Below are positions 10,963 through 19,865 of a stretch of 64,000 nt of DNA, one piece after another. The stretch's first letter is position 1; every line of letters starts with the position of its first letter. The stretch is taken from contig CAWEZH010000002.1 of the NCBI GenBank assembly GCA_963813535.1, forward strand, positions 1,504,001 to 1,568,000. Direction: 5' to 3'. The notes under the pieces were generated by a model, which made no database searches, was not told the origin of the DNA, and saw only the letters and a program-made list of their open reading frames with translations. The position numbers and the translations under genes were made by a program. The stretch is from an uncultured Chloroflexia bacterium (GTDB lineage: Bacteria > Chloroflexota > Limnocylindria > Limnocylindrales > CSP1-4).

Positions 10963-11550
10963 TCAGCCGGAGGTGAGCGATGCCTTGGCAGCGGCCGCCT
11001 GGCGGTCGATCTCCTCGCCGACCTGCTTGTTGATGGCCTGCTCGACGATGCGATCCGCCTCATCGAGCGCCTTCCGGATCTCGACGACGGCTGTGTCCTC
11101 GACGAGGGCGATGATGCCGGCGGTATTCGGCTTCATGACGTTGGCGAGCTCATCGGCCAGGCCCGCGCGATTGAACACGTTGCGCGCCTTGCCGAGCGCG
11201 GCCCCGGCGGTCCCGAGGGCCGCCGCGCTGGCGATGATCGACGGCGGGAAGATCACGCCGAGGACGGCGCCGCCGACGACGCCCCACTTGAGACCCGTCT
11301 TCGTGCTGTGCTCGGTGACCTTGCCAAGATGGATCTTGCCGTCCGCGTCGCAACTGGCGATGACGACGCCGTCGATCTTGAGGGGACTCGTCCGCTCGAT
11401 CTCCTGGAGTTGCGCGTACGCCGCCTCAGCACCCTCCATCGTCGGGAACTGGGCGACGATGAGCGAGTGTGCGCCATCGGTGACGAGGCCGATGACGACC
11501 TCTGGATCGACGGACTCTTGGGGATCCTGGGCAGTCGATTCGGACGTCAT
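10963..11550 (-). CDS. DUF1269-like membrane-associated protein
   Basis: DGVVIASCDADGKIHL followed by the Gly-rich hairpin GLKWGVVGGAVLGVIFPP; AGGAG RBS. Confidence 0.7.
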   Translation of the reverse strand: MTSESTAQDPQESVDPEVVIGLVTDGAHSLIVAQFPTMEGAEAAYAQLQEIERTSPLKIDGVVIASCDADGKIHLGKVTEHSTKTGLKWGVVGGAVLGVIFPPSIIASAAALGTAGAALGKARNVFNRAGLADELANVMKPNTAGIIALVEDTAVVEIRKALDEADRIVEQAINKQVGEEIDRQAAAAKASLTSG

Positions 11551-11666
11551 GATCTGCTCCTTGTGTGCGTCATGACGCGATTCCAGCCCGCCGTCGAGGC
11601 GCGGTCAAGCGTGCACACCCCCGCCTTGATTCGGGCGACCGCAAGGTCAGGTCGGGGTCGGAGGTC

Positions 11667-12047
11667 TCATCCCTTCTTTGGCGCGCTGTCGCGCCGAGTT
11701 GCTTCGTAGGCCTCGAGCGCGCGCCTGACCTGCCGTCGCTTGGCTTCGGGGATGATCTCGACCAACACGACCACCACGGCCGCGGTCCAGAGCGCGAAGC
11801 CGAACGAGTAGAGCAGGTCGGCCAGCAGTCCAACCGGTTCCGTCGTCGCCGACGGTCTGAGCAGATACCCGACGATGTACGCGGCCAGGCCCACCACGAA
11901 GGCGATCGCAAGGGTGAAGTACAGGAAGCGCTGCCCGTACGCGCCCTGCCGCAGCACCGTCCTGTGCTCCTCGAACCAGGCCCGGGCGTAGGGGTCGTCC
12001 AGGAGGGGGTCGAGGTCGTCGTCAGCGGGTTGGGTAGGCAGCGACAT
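11667..12047 (-). CDS. Hypothetical two-TM membrane protein
   Basis: GGAGG RBS, two hydrophobic helices, protein-like composition. Confidence 0.7.
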   Translation of the reverse strand: MSLPTQPADDDLDPLLDDPYARAWFEEHRTVLRQGAYGQRFLYFTLAIAFVVGLAAYIVGYLLRPSATTEPVGLLADLLYSFGFALWTAAVVVVLVEIIPEAKRRQVRRALEAYEATRRDSAPKKG

Positions 12048-12177
12048 GGTCGGCCTCCGATCCGAGTCGACGGGCCGGCCGGCCGGCCCGGCCGGCTGCA
12101 GCTCGTCGGGTAAATCCTAGCCTCACGTCGGGCCGGTGCGGTCCGCGCCGATGCCCTCACCGCGGTGAACTCGTGAT

Positions 12178-12223
12178 TGGAGCGGGAGACGGGGTTCGAA
12201 CCCGCGACATGCAGCTTGGAAGG
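12178..12223 (-). repeat. 46-bp direct repeat of the 3' half of tRNA-Gly(TCC) (att-like site)
   Basis: Minus strand CCTTCCAAGCTGCATGTCGCGGGTTCGAACCCCGTCTCCCGCTCCA matches 14497-14542 at 44 of 46 positions. Confidence 0.93.
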
Positions 12224-12360
12224 TGTCCCGCTCTCAGTGCTGTGGCGCTGAGCGTGTAGGACCCTTTCGAGTGTGTCCAGTTTGTCGCTGGGAACCGCCT
12301 CGACTCCGCCGGACGGGCCCATCGCCTGCAAGGGCTCTCGGCCAGGGCTTGTGGAAGCCT

Positions 12361-13797
12361 TTACAGGTGGTCCGGGCGCCGGCGACGCAACGCGATGGCG
12401 ACCGCGGCCAGGCTGAGCACGAAGATGGCGCCAAGCGGAACACCGGGCGATGCCGACGGTTCGGGTGGCGCGGCCGGGGCGGTGTCCGTCGGCGGCAGGT
12501 TGGAACCACCCGACTGGGCCTCGACACTGCCGCTGGGTGGATCCTTGAACGCCACGAGGACGAACCCGCCGGTGCCATCCTCGTCGGGTCGACACACCAG
12601 CTCACCACGGTACCAACCGCACTCCTCGTCGGAACCGGTGTATGTGACGAGCACCGCGGGCATCGTTGCGAGACCCGTCGGAGCGGTAACCTCGGTGATC
12701 CAGTAGTCGCCCGGCGTCGTCGGCGCGAAGACGGCGAACCCTTGTGGCGCGTCGACGGACGCCAGGAGCGGCGCGTCCTCAGCATCCGGCTCGTATTCCT
12801 CGTCGCCATCGTCAAGTCGGAGCTCGAACCGTGCTCCCCCGACCACCTCGTCGTCATCGGTGGACTCTGTTCCCTGATCTGCAACCTTGATGACGATGAG
12901 CGGCGGATCGCCGGACGGCTTCGCGGACTCACTGGGGAGGGCACTCGGCGCGGCACTTGCGCTCTCGCTCGGCAGGGCGGAGGGTTCGAGCGACGGACTC
13001 TCGCTCGGCAGCGCGGATGGCTCGAGAGAGGCGCTCTCGGTCGGCAGGGCGGAAGGCTCGGTGGACGCGCTCTCGGTCGGCAGGGCGGAAGGCTCGGTGG
13101 ACGCGCTCTCGGTCGGCAGGGCGGAAGGCTCGGTGGGCGCGGACGCCGTCGGCTCTGGCGTGGGGGAGACTGTCGGAGTCGGTGTCGGCTCTGGACAGAC
13201 GATGGTGACATCCAACCGGCGGCCCGCGACCGCTGCCGTCGATGCTCGGTCCTCGGGCGCGACCTGCGCATGGACGTTCAGGCCCGCTTCGCCGGCGTAA
13301 GTGCCTGGCGCGAACGCGAACGAGGCCTCCCACCCGTCCTTCGAGATGTAGGCGAATGCCGGCGGAGGCCCCAGCCCGTCATCGCCATCAACGAGCTTGT
13401 CGGTCTGACCCTGCTTGACGTAGTTGTCCGAGTCCGATGGGATCACGACCCAGCCACTGACGGTCGTGACGTGGACATAGAAGGTCCGGGACGCACAGTC
13501 GAAGCGGCCGTACAACTTGGCCAGGACCGGGTGATCAGGCTTGCCAGCCTCGTACATGTTCGCGAGGAAGTCCGCGCTTGGGTCGTCCCAATCGACGCGT
13601 GACCCATCGATGGCGATCCCCGCAGGCGTGACCTCGCGGACGTTCGGCGCCGCTGCAAGGACGGGGAGGGCGCTCAGGACGCCGCCGATCGCCAGGACCA
13701 GGGCCGCCGCGGTAGCGAGTGGCACCCGCGATGATCGGGGGACATTCGAACGGATCGATCGCGGCCGGTCACCGACCGCGGGATCCCGGTGCTGCAT
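12361..13797 (-). CDS. Secreted, C-terminally anchored surface protein with 12-aa repeats, SpaA/prealbumin-like domain and LPPTDT-TM-RRRR tail
   Basis: Signal-like LATAAALVLAIGGVLSALPVLAA; IVIKV..VGGARFEL..PGDYWITEVTAPTG (E-box-like); NLPPTDT, hydrophobic helix, RRRRP; AGGAG RBS. Confidence 0.8.
   Translation of the reverse strand: MQHRDPAVGDRPRSIRSNVPRSSRVPLATAAALVLAIGGVLSALPVLAAAPNVREVTPAGIAIDGSRVDWDDPSADFLANMYEAGKPDHPVLAKLYGRFDCASRTFYVHVTTVSGWVVIPSDSDNYVKQGQTDKLVDGDDGLGPPPAFAYISKDGWEASFAFAPGTYAGEAGLNVHAQVAPEDRASTAAVAGRRLDVTIVCPEPTPTPTVSPTPEPTASAPTEPSALPTESASTEPSALPTESASTEPSALPTESASLEPSALPSESPSLEPSALPSESASAAPSALPSESAKPSGDPPLIVIKVADQGTESTDDDEVVGGARFELRLDDGDEEYEPDAEDAPLLASVDAPQGFAVFAPTTPGDYWITEVTAPTGLATMPAVLVTYTGSDEECGWYRGELVCRPDEDGTGGFVLVAFKDPPSGSVEAQSGGSNLPPTDTAPAAPPEPSASPGVPLGAIFVLSLAAVAIALRRRRPDHL
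12923..13138 (-). repeat. Six 36-bp intragenic tandem repeats encoding (T/L)EPSALP(T/S)ESAS
   Basis: Near-identical units start at 13031, 13067 and 13103, with three degenerate units before them. Confidence 0.9.
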
Positions 13798-14093
13798 GAA
13801 AGCTCCTGGGCGCCGCCACGAGGCAGGCGTCATCCAGATCCAGGTCGTTCGTCACCGTAATCCGCTCGCCGTCGGGTGACCAGCCTGACATTCGTACGGG
13901 TGAGCCTGGCGCGTCGAAACAGGATCGCGTCCAAGAGCTCATCCCACTTGCCCGCTGTTTCGCGTGGGACCGGAAACGCCGGAAACGCCGGACATGCCAC
14001 CGGGGGCCGCCTCCACCTCCCGCGATGCGTCCGCGGGTCGCCCCAGATGGTCCGGGATGCCCTGGCAGTGCTCTGCCTCAAGGCCGAGACGAC

Positions 14094-14496
14094 CTATGCC
14101 GAGAGGGACAGCCTTCCGGAATCGAGCCACGACAAGACGTCAGTCGCCATCGCATCGGCAGCTTCAGATGAAGACGTGAGGCTGTCGGCACGCCACGTCA
14201 CCTCGTGAATCGCCTTGGCTCCAACCCAGAGGTCTGGCGCGTCCCTCACGCCGGGACCACGGAACCGGATAATCAGACCGCGATTCGCACCGAAGGCCTC
14301 GGCAAAGGCGATGGTCTGATAGAGGTCCGCGCGGGACCAGTCGCCGCCCGACATCTTGTACTTGACATCGCCGACCGCCGAGCCACCGTCAAACACGAGG
14401 TCAGGGTTGAAGGTGAGGGTAGATCCGACAAGCTGCCTTCCTTCCTTCCTGACGCGGGCACCGCCGAGCCGCTCCTGGAGTACGACTCGGAGTGTT
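14094..14496 (-). pseudogene. C-terminal fragment of an McrC-like PD-(D/E)XK restriction subunit
   Basis: FNPDLVFDGGSAVGDVKYK and ADLYQTIAFA resemble McrC motifs. The frame begins directly at the tRNA CCA end with no plausible start or N-terminal part. Confidence 0.7.
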
Positions 14497-14572
14497 TGGA
14501 GCGGGAGACGAGGTTCGAACTCGCGACATGCAGCTTGGAAGGCTGCCGCTCTGCCAACTGAGCTACTCCCGC
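14497..14572 (-). tRNA. tRNA-Gly (anticodon TCC), CCA encoded
   Basis: GCGGGAGTAGCTCAGTTGGCAGAGCGGCAGCCTTCCAAGCTGCATGTCGCGAGTTCGAACCTCGTCTCCCGCTCCA; 76 nt, folds as a cloverleaf. Confidence 0.97.
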
Positions 14573-14830
14573 CCGGGGCATCGGTGAAGGTACCAAAGCT
14601 GTTGGGGACCGTCGACCGCATACCCGATTTCCAACGCATCGCGAACGTCCCACACGTCGTGACCCTGAGCCACCGCGCGATCGAGTCTGTCAGACCCACG
14701 GTCGCCACCGAAATGCAAGCAGGCCACGCCCCGACCCTTGTGGATCGACGTCGCGACTGTCCTACACGCTCACGGTGCGCTGTCCCGGACCGGCGGTGTC
14801 CGTCCATTGCCACCACGGTGCCCGCTGGGG

Positions 14831-14879
14831 TTGACAGTCGAGAAGCGTAAGCGCTAACTTACGGTAAGTGAATACTTAC
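14831..14879 (+). promoter_or_regulatory. Sigma70-type promoter with two tandem palindromic operators for the ArsR gene
   Basis: TTGACA (14831-36), 18 bp, TAACTT (14855-60). Palindromes CGTAAG-N6-CTTACG (14846-63) and GTAAG-N6-CTTAC (14864-79). Confidence 0.75.
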
Positions 14880-15224
14880 GCATCGGTCATGGACGCCGTC
14901 GGTGACGGCACGCGACGGGCGATACTCGAGCGACTGCTCGAGCGGCCCGCCGCGGTCGGCGAGCTGGCGGCCGGGCTGCCGGTGACCCGCCCGGCGGTGA
15001 GCCAGCACCTGCGAGTCCTGAAGATGGCCCGCTTGGTGACGGATACGCAGGTCGGCACGCGCCGCATCTATTCGGTCGATCCGGAGGGCGTCCGCGAGGT
15101 GCGTGAGTACTGGGAGCGCTTCTGGTCGCAGGCACTGGCCGGCTTCAAGGCGGTCGCCGACACCGAAGCCGAGCAGCGGGCCGGCACCGGCCGCAAGGAG
15201 AGTTCTGATGGCGATCGAGGTTGA
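14868..15224 (+). CDS. ArsR/SmtB family transcriptional regulator
   Basis: DGTRRAILERL, RPAVSQHLRVLK, GTRRIYS motifs. Confidence 0.92.
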   Translation: MNTYASVMDAVGDGTRRAILERLLERPAAVGELAAGLPVTRPAVSQHLRVLKMARLVTDTQVGTRRIYSVDPEGVREVREYWERFWSQALAGFKAVADTEAEQRAGTGRKESSDGDRG

Positions 15225-15675
15225 CGTGGAGGCTGACGTGGCGCGGGTGGTTCGCAGCTCGGTGACGGTGAAGCTGCCGCGCGACGCGGCATTCCGGCTA
15301 TTCACGGAGCGGATGGGCAGCTGGTGGCCGCTGGCCACCCACTCCGTGTTCCATGCCGAGGCGGTGGCGGTAACGATCCAGCCCGTTGTCGGCGGCCGCG
15401 TGTACGAGGCGACCGCCGATGGCCGCACTTCCGATTGGGGCACGATCACCGAGTGGCAGCCCGGGGAGCGGCTGGCGATGACGTGGCATCCCGGCGACGA
15501 GTCCGATCTGGCGACCCTGGTGGAGGTTACCTTCAGCGAAGCGCCCGATGGTGGCACGCATGTCGATCTGCTCCATACCGGCTGGGCGGTGCATGGCGCC
15601 GAGGCAGCGGCGAGGGCCGCCGACTATCAGCAGGGATGGACGGCTCTGCTCGAGGGTTTCGCGAAGGCCGCCTGA
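15208..15675 (+). CDS. SRPBCC/AHSA1 domain protein
   Basis: AFRLFTERMGSWWP, WQPGERLAMTW, VEVTF, LHTGW and YQQGW motifs; usual partner of ArsR. Confidence 0.88.
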   Translation: MAIEVDVEADVARVVRSSVTVKLPRDAAFRLFTERMGSWWPLATHSVFHAEAVAVTIQPVVGGRVYEATADGRTSDWGTITEWQPGERLAMTWHPGDESDLATLVEVTFSEAPDGGTHVDLLHTGWAVHGAEAAARAADYQQGWTALLEGFAKAA

Positions 15676-15933
15676 GCGCGGCCGGGCAGCAGCCTCTCAG
15701 CTGGATCGGCCTGCTCGAACGGCTCGCCGTGACCGGGCATGACCCGATCGGCAGTAGCCAGGATCCGCTGGCGGCTCGTCTCGGAGTGACTGTCAGCTCT
15801 CCGCTTCCCCTGCCCGGCATGACCTGGCCTTGAGCTACGGAGCTGCCGGCTCTATCAACGGCTGTCCCCGCGCCGCCTGACGGTCCCTTCTCATCTGGCC
15901 TGGCGATGGTCACCTGTGTCGCTCAGCCGGAGC

Positions 15934-16836
15934 CTACGACGACGTGTTGGCAGCGCCGGGCGCGGGAAGCTCTGCCGGCGATGCCGACAGCGGCGGCGTG
16001 TCCCAGCGACCCGTTCCGATCGACTCGGTCGTGAACGCCTCCGCGAGACGCCGGCGAAGCTCGCTCGACGCGTCGGAACGAAGTCCCGGCGGCACCCGCC
16101 GGTATAGGCTGATGGTCGCGCCGTCGAGGGTAAGCGCGGTCACCCTCGTGTCGATGGATGAATCAAGGAGGCCCCCGCTCCACCCTCGCTCCTCACCGAG
16201 CTCCCGGCTCACCCGACCGGCGACCGCGATCGCCCGGTCGAGGTCCCCTGGTCGCAGGATCTGGACGTCAACAGTAGCGACCGAGTACAGGCGCGTCAGA
16301 TTGGACGACACGCGGATCACTCCATTCGACACTGCATGGAGGGCGCCGTGCGTGTCTCGGAGGGTCGTTCGGCGCAAGCCGATCTCGTCGACCTCGCCCT
16401 CGACGATCGTTCCAGGAGCCTGGACCGAGATCCAGTCACCTTTGAAGAACGGGCCCTCGATGAGGATGAGGATGCCCATCAGGTAGTCGAGCACGATCGC
16501 CTGCCCGGCGAGCGTGATGGCTGCGGCGATGAGCCCGAGACCGGCCAGCAGGGGCCAGAGATCGAACACGCCCAGGAGCAGGAGGATCAGCGCGACGAGG
16601 AAGGCACCGCGACTCAGGTTGCGCAGAACGCTCTCGAGCGTCACGGCGCGCTTCTGGATCTCCGCCGCGGGATCTCCACCCGAATCGAGCGTTGCCTGGT
16701 TCGCGCGGAACATCGCCTGGACGACGCGAGGGATCATCATCCGGGCGAGCCGATACAAGCCGAACAGGATCAGCACGCCAATGACCAGGGTGATGCCGTG
16801 GCGGGCGATCCAGACCAGCAGCTCGTTGAGCGTCAT
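15934..16836 (-). CDS. MscS family mechanosensitive channel
   Basis: Three TM segments; LIEGPFFKGDWI, EGEVDEIGLRRTTLRD and VSNG motifs. Confidence 0.88.
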   Translation of the reverse strand: MTLNELLVWIARHGITLVIGVLILFGLYRLARMMIPRVVQAMFRANQATLDSGGDPAAEIQKRAVTLESVLRNLSRGAFLVALILLLLGVFDLWPLLAGLGLIAAAITLAGQAIVLDYLMGILILIEGPFFKGDWISVQAPGTIVEGEVDEIGLRRTTLRDTHGALHAVSNGVIRVSSNLTRLYSVATVDVQILRPGDLDRAIAVAGRVSRELGEERGWSGGLLDSSIDTRVTALTLDGATISLYRRVPPGLRSDASSELRRRLAEAFTTESIGTGRWDTPPLSASPAELPAPGAANTSS

Positions 16837-16926
16837 GCCGGCTCCACTTCAGTGATCGAGCTGTCGCGGTCCCGCCTGGGCATCGACCTCACCACAGCCA
16901 GGACTCCGCGACGCACGCGGGGCGGG

Positions 16927-17316
16927 CTAGCCCTTGCGCTCGAGGATCGGCCGGGCCACATCGGGCTTGTCGACCACGAACGCGAACATCGCCCGGTCGC
17001 CCCAACGGCCGAGGAAGAGGTGGCCCTGGATGTTCACGCCCGCATCGGCGAGGGCTCGCGACAGGCGAGCCATGCCGCCCGGCTTGTCGTCCACCTCCGT
17101 GACCAGCGACTCGCCCTCGATGTAGACATAGCCCAGGTCGTCGAGCACTGCCTTGGTGGTGTCGTCGTCGGCGGTGGTCATGATCACGTGACCGGAGTCG
17201 CCGATGCTGCCGCCGCCGATGGCCCGCAGATCGACGCCGCGCGCGGCGAGGGCCTCGGCGAGGGTCGCCATCGCGCCCGGCTCGTTCTTCAGCTGCACGA
17301 CGAACTGGTTGGCCAT
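16927..17316 (-). CDS. Stand-alone tandem ACT domain protein
   Basis: LKNEPGAMATLAEALAARGVDL and VDDKPGGMARLSRALADAGVNI; real start is the ATG at 17316 with GGAGG. Confidence 0.85.
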   Translation of the reverse strand: MANQFVVQLKNEPGAMATLAEALAARGVDLRAIGGGSIGDSGHVIMTTADDDTTKAVLDDLGYVYIEGESLVTEVDDKPGGMARLSRALADAGVNIQGHLFLGRWGDRAMFAFVVDKPDVARPILERKG

Positions 17317-17409
17317 GTCGGTGACGACCTCCGAAGGCGACTGGAAGCCGGATTCTACCCGCGCCACGTCGACTGACGATGACGGGATAGCAGGTGCTAG
17401 GGTGCCTCG

Positions 17410-18285
17410 ATGACGTCGACGCTGCTGCCGGACGCGGTCGCCGCGGCGTTGGCCGATCCCGATCCCGGAGAGCGCATCACGGTCGAGGCGGCTGGGATCC
17501 CGTGGTCGGCGATCGTGTGGGGCGACCCGGATGCGCAGCCGTTGCTGCTGATCCACGGCGTCACCGCGTCGGCAGCCGTGTGGTGGCGCGTCGGACCGGC
17601 GCTTGCCGCGAGCGGTCGGCGCGTGACCGCGGTCGACCAGGCCGGCCACGGTCGGACCGGCCACTGGCAGGGCCATCACCGGTTCCGCGACAACGCCGCC
17701 GACCTTGCCGCGTTCGTCCGGGCCGCGGGTCTCGACCGGGACGACCTCCGGATCATCGGGCACAGCTGGGGCGCGGTGACCGCGGCGGCCTTGCCGGTCG
17801 CGGGGATCAGGCCGGTCACCCTCATCCTCATCGATCCCCCGGTGTTGCCGCTCGAGCGCATCGGGCTCGAGGCTAGCGATCCGAAACAGCAACCCGTCAC
17901 GAGCTTCGACGAGGCCGTCGCCGCGATCCGCACGACCGACCCGCACCTGTCCGAGGGCGACGTCAAGGCGATGGCGCAGGGCATCGTCGAACTCGACTTC
18001 GAGGCTGCGCGCTCGGTCGTTCTCGACAACGGTGACTGGGATGGCGGGCTCTCCGACCTGCGCGACCCGGCGGCCGCGGGCCTCGACGTGTGGATCGTCC
18101 GAGGCGACCCGCGCACGGGCAGCTACGTGGACGATGCGGCGGCGCGCGACTTCGCCGAGATCGTCGGCGAGGACCACGTCATCACGATCGAGGGCGGACC
18201 GCATTCGCCGCAGCGAACGCACTCCGCCCAGACGGTCGCCATCCTCCTGCGCGCCCTCGGGCCGGCCTCGCCAGCCTCGCCCTAG
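17410..18285 (+). CDS. Alpha/beta fold hydrolase
   Basis: LLIHG, DQAGHG, GHSWG nucleophile elbow, C-terminal His (GPHSP). Confidence 0.9.
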   Translation: MTSTLLPDAVAAALADPDPGERITVEAAGIPWSAIVWGDPDAQPLLLIHGVTASAAVWWRVGPALAASGRRVTAVDQAGHGRTGHWQGHHRFRDNAADLAAFVRAAGLDRDDLRIIGHSWGAVTAAALPVAGIRPVTLILIDPPVLPLERIGLEASDPKQQPVTSFDEAVAAIRTTDPHLSEGDVKAMAQGIVELDFEAARSVVLDNGDWDGGLSDLRDPAAAGLDVWIVRGDPRTGSYVDDAAARDFAEIVGEDHVITIEGGPHSPQRTHSAQTVAILLRALGPASPASP

Positions 18286-19772
18286 GCGGTCCCTCGCCGG
18301 ATCGCCACGGCACGCCGGTATGCCTCGAGATACTTCGGCGCCGGGCCGGACGACCAGTCGAAGTCGGTGGCCATCGCGCGATCGATGAGCTGGTCCCACA
18401 CGGTCCCGCCTGCCGATCGCAGGGCGAACGCCCGCTCGGACGCTTCGATCAGCGCAGCCGGCGTGGCCGGCTCGAAGACGAAGCCGTTCCCGGAACCTGG
18501 CTGGCGGGTGACGTCGACGACGGTGTCGGCCAGTCCCCCCGTCCGCCGGACGATCGGTGGCGTGCCGTAGCGCATCGCGATCATCTGCCCCTGTCCCGAC
18601 GGCTCGAACCGCGATGGCATCGCGAAGAAGTCGGCACCGGCGTAGATCCGCCGCGCCATGTCGCGATCGAAGCGCTCGATGAAGGCGACCTTGCCGGGCG
18701 ACGCAGCCGCGAGCTCGCGGAATGGGTCGGCGAGCGATGGGTGCCCAGCGCCCTGGACGACGAGCCGGGCGCCCCGTTCGATGAGCGCCGGAGCCGCCTC
18801 GGCAAGGAGGTCGAAGCCCTTCTGCGGATCGAGCCGCCCGATCATACCGATCACCGGCCCGCGGTCGGCCGGGTCCATCCCGTTCCGGGTCAGCAGGTCG
18901 GCCCGGCAGACCACCTTGCCGCCGAGGTCGCGACGAGCATATGGCGCGGCCAGTGATGGGTCGTTGGCCGGGTCCCACACAGTCTCGTCGAGGCCGTTCA
19001 GGATCCCGAAGAAGCGGTCGCCGCGCGAGCGCAACAGACCGTCGAGGCCCATCCCGAACTCCGGCGTCAACGCCTCGCGCGCGTAGCCGACCGACACGGT
19101 GTTCACGATCTCGGCGGCCTCGATGCCGGCCGCCAGCAGGTCGATGCCATCGGTGTTCTGGCCGGGCGCCGCATCGCCCGGTCGCAACCCGAGCTGCGGC
19201 AGGTCGGCGTTCGACGTCCAGCCGTGATAGGCGAGGTTGTGGAGGGTCGTCACCAGCGCTGCCGGACCGATGACCGGATCGTCGCGGTACTGCCGGTCGC
19301 GGAAGATCCCGGCCGGCCCCGCCTGCCAATCGTGCGCGTGGATGACGTCGACCGGCCGCCCCTCGGCGCGCAGCGCCTCGAGCGCCGCTCGCACGTACAG
19401 GCCGAAGCGCCACGCGTTGTCGGCGTAGTCGCCGGCGGTATCGCCGTAGAACCCCTCCCGGTCGAATGCCGGCGGATGGTCGATCAGGCGCAGCCGGTAC
19501 CCGTCGGCGACGACGTCGACGATCGTGATATCGCTCGAGCCGGTCCGTGCGCGGGGGTCGGGTACCGCGACCGTCGTCTCGGCCAGGACGGCGTCCGGCC
19601 GCGGCTCCGGTACGCCCCGGTAGCGCGGGAGGAAGACGTCGACGGGCGCGTCGATCACGTCCTCGCCCAGCCCTCCGACGGCGCGTGCCAGGGCATCGAC
19701 GACATCGGCAAGGCCGCCGGTCTTGGCCCAGGGCTCGCACTCGGACGACAGGAAGGCGACGCGGAGACCCAC
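18282..19772 (-). CDS. glgA: Glycogen/starch synthase (GT5)
   Basis: KTGGLADV, HAHDWQ, TLHNLAYHG, PSRFEPSG, TGGLADTV motifs. Confidence 0.95.
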   Translation of the reverse strand: MGLRVAFLSSECEPWAKTGGLADVVDALARAVGGLGEDVIDAPVDVFLPRYRGVPEPRPDAVLAETTVAVPDPRARTGSSDITIVDVVADGYRLRLIDHPPAFDREGFYGDTAGDYADNAWRFGLYVRAALEALRAEGRPVDVIHAHDWQAGPAGIFRDRQYRDDPVIGPAALVTTLHNLAYHGWTSNADLPQLGLRPGDAAPGQNTDGIDLLAAGIEAAEIVNTVSVGYAREALTPEFGMGLDGLLRSRGDRFFGILNGLDETVWDPANDPSLAAPYARRDLGGKVVCRADLLTRNGMDPADRGPVIGMIGRLDPQKGFDLLAEAAPALIERGARLVVQGAGHPSLADPFRELAAASPGKVAFIERFDRDMARRIYAGADFFAMPSRFEPSGQGQMIAMRYGTPPIVRRTGGLADTVVDVTRQPGSGNGFVFEPATPAALIEASERAFALRSAGGTVWDQLIDRAMATDFDWSSGPAPKYLEAYRRAVAIRRGTA

Positions 19773-19865
19773 AGCGGCATGGTAGATGGCGGCGTGGCGA
19801 GCGTGTCCGTCGCGTGCGACTAAACCGGTTCACGAGCACGAGATGACCCGGTATGATGCCCCGCC

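Larger units (their letters stand above)
12178..14542. mobile_element. Decayed tRNA-Gly-integrated island remnant (no integrase)
   Basis: Bounded by the tRNA and a duplicated tRNA 3' half; contains a truncated McrC-like gene and a surface protein gene. Confidence 0.75.

Noticed and set aside
12178-12223. Second functional tRNA-Gly
   Set aside because: Similarity stops in the anticodon arm; there is no D-arm or 5' acceptor strand.
13830-14090. Small ORFs and the 9-bp repeat CCGGAAACG near 13970
   Set aside because: No recognisable product or start signal; probably island debris, and two to three short copies are not informative.
14094-14816. 240-aa ORF as an intact gene
   Set aside because: It reads through the tRNA gene; only the part downstream of the tRNA is protein-like.
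15676-15933. Possible sRNA or small gene between the SRPBCC and MscS genes
   Set aside because: No promoter, convincing stable structure or credible ORF found by eye.
16927-19839. 970-aa ORF as one protein
   Set aside because: Only the last 129 codons are a real ACT protein; the rest is an Arg/Gly-rich off-frame overlap of glgA and antisense of the hydrolase.
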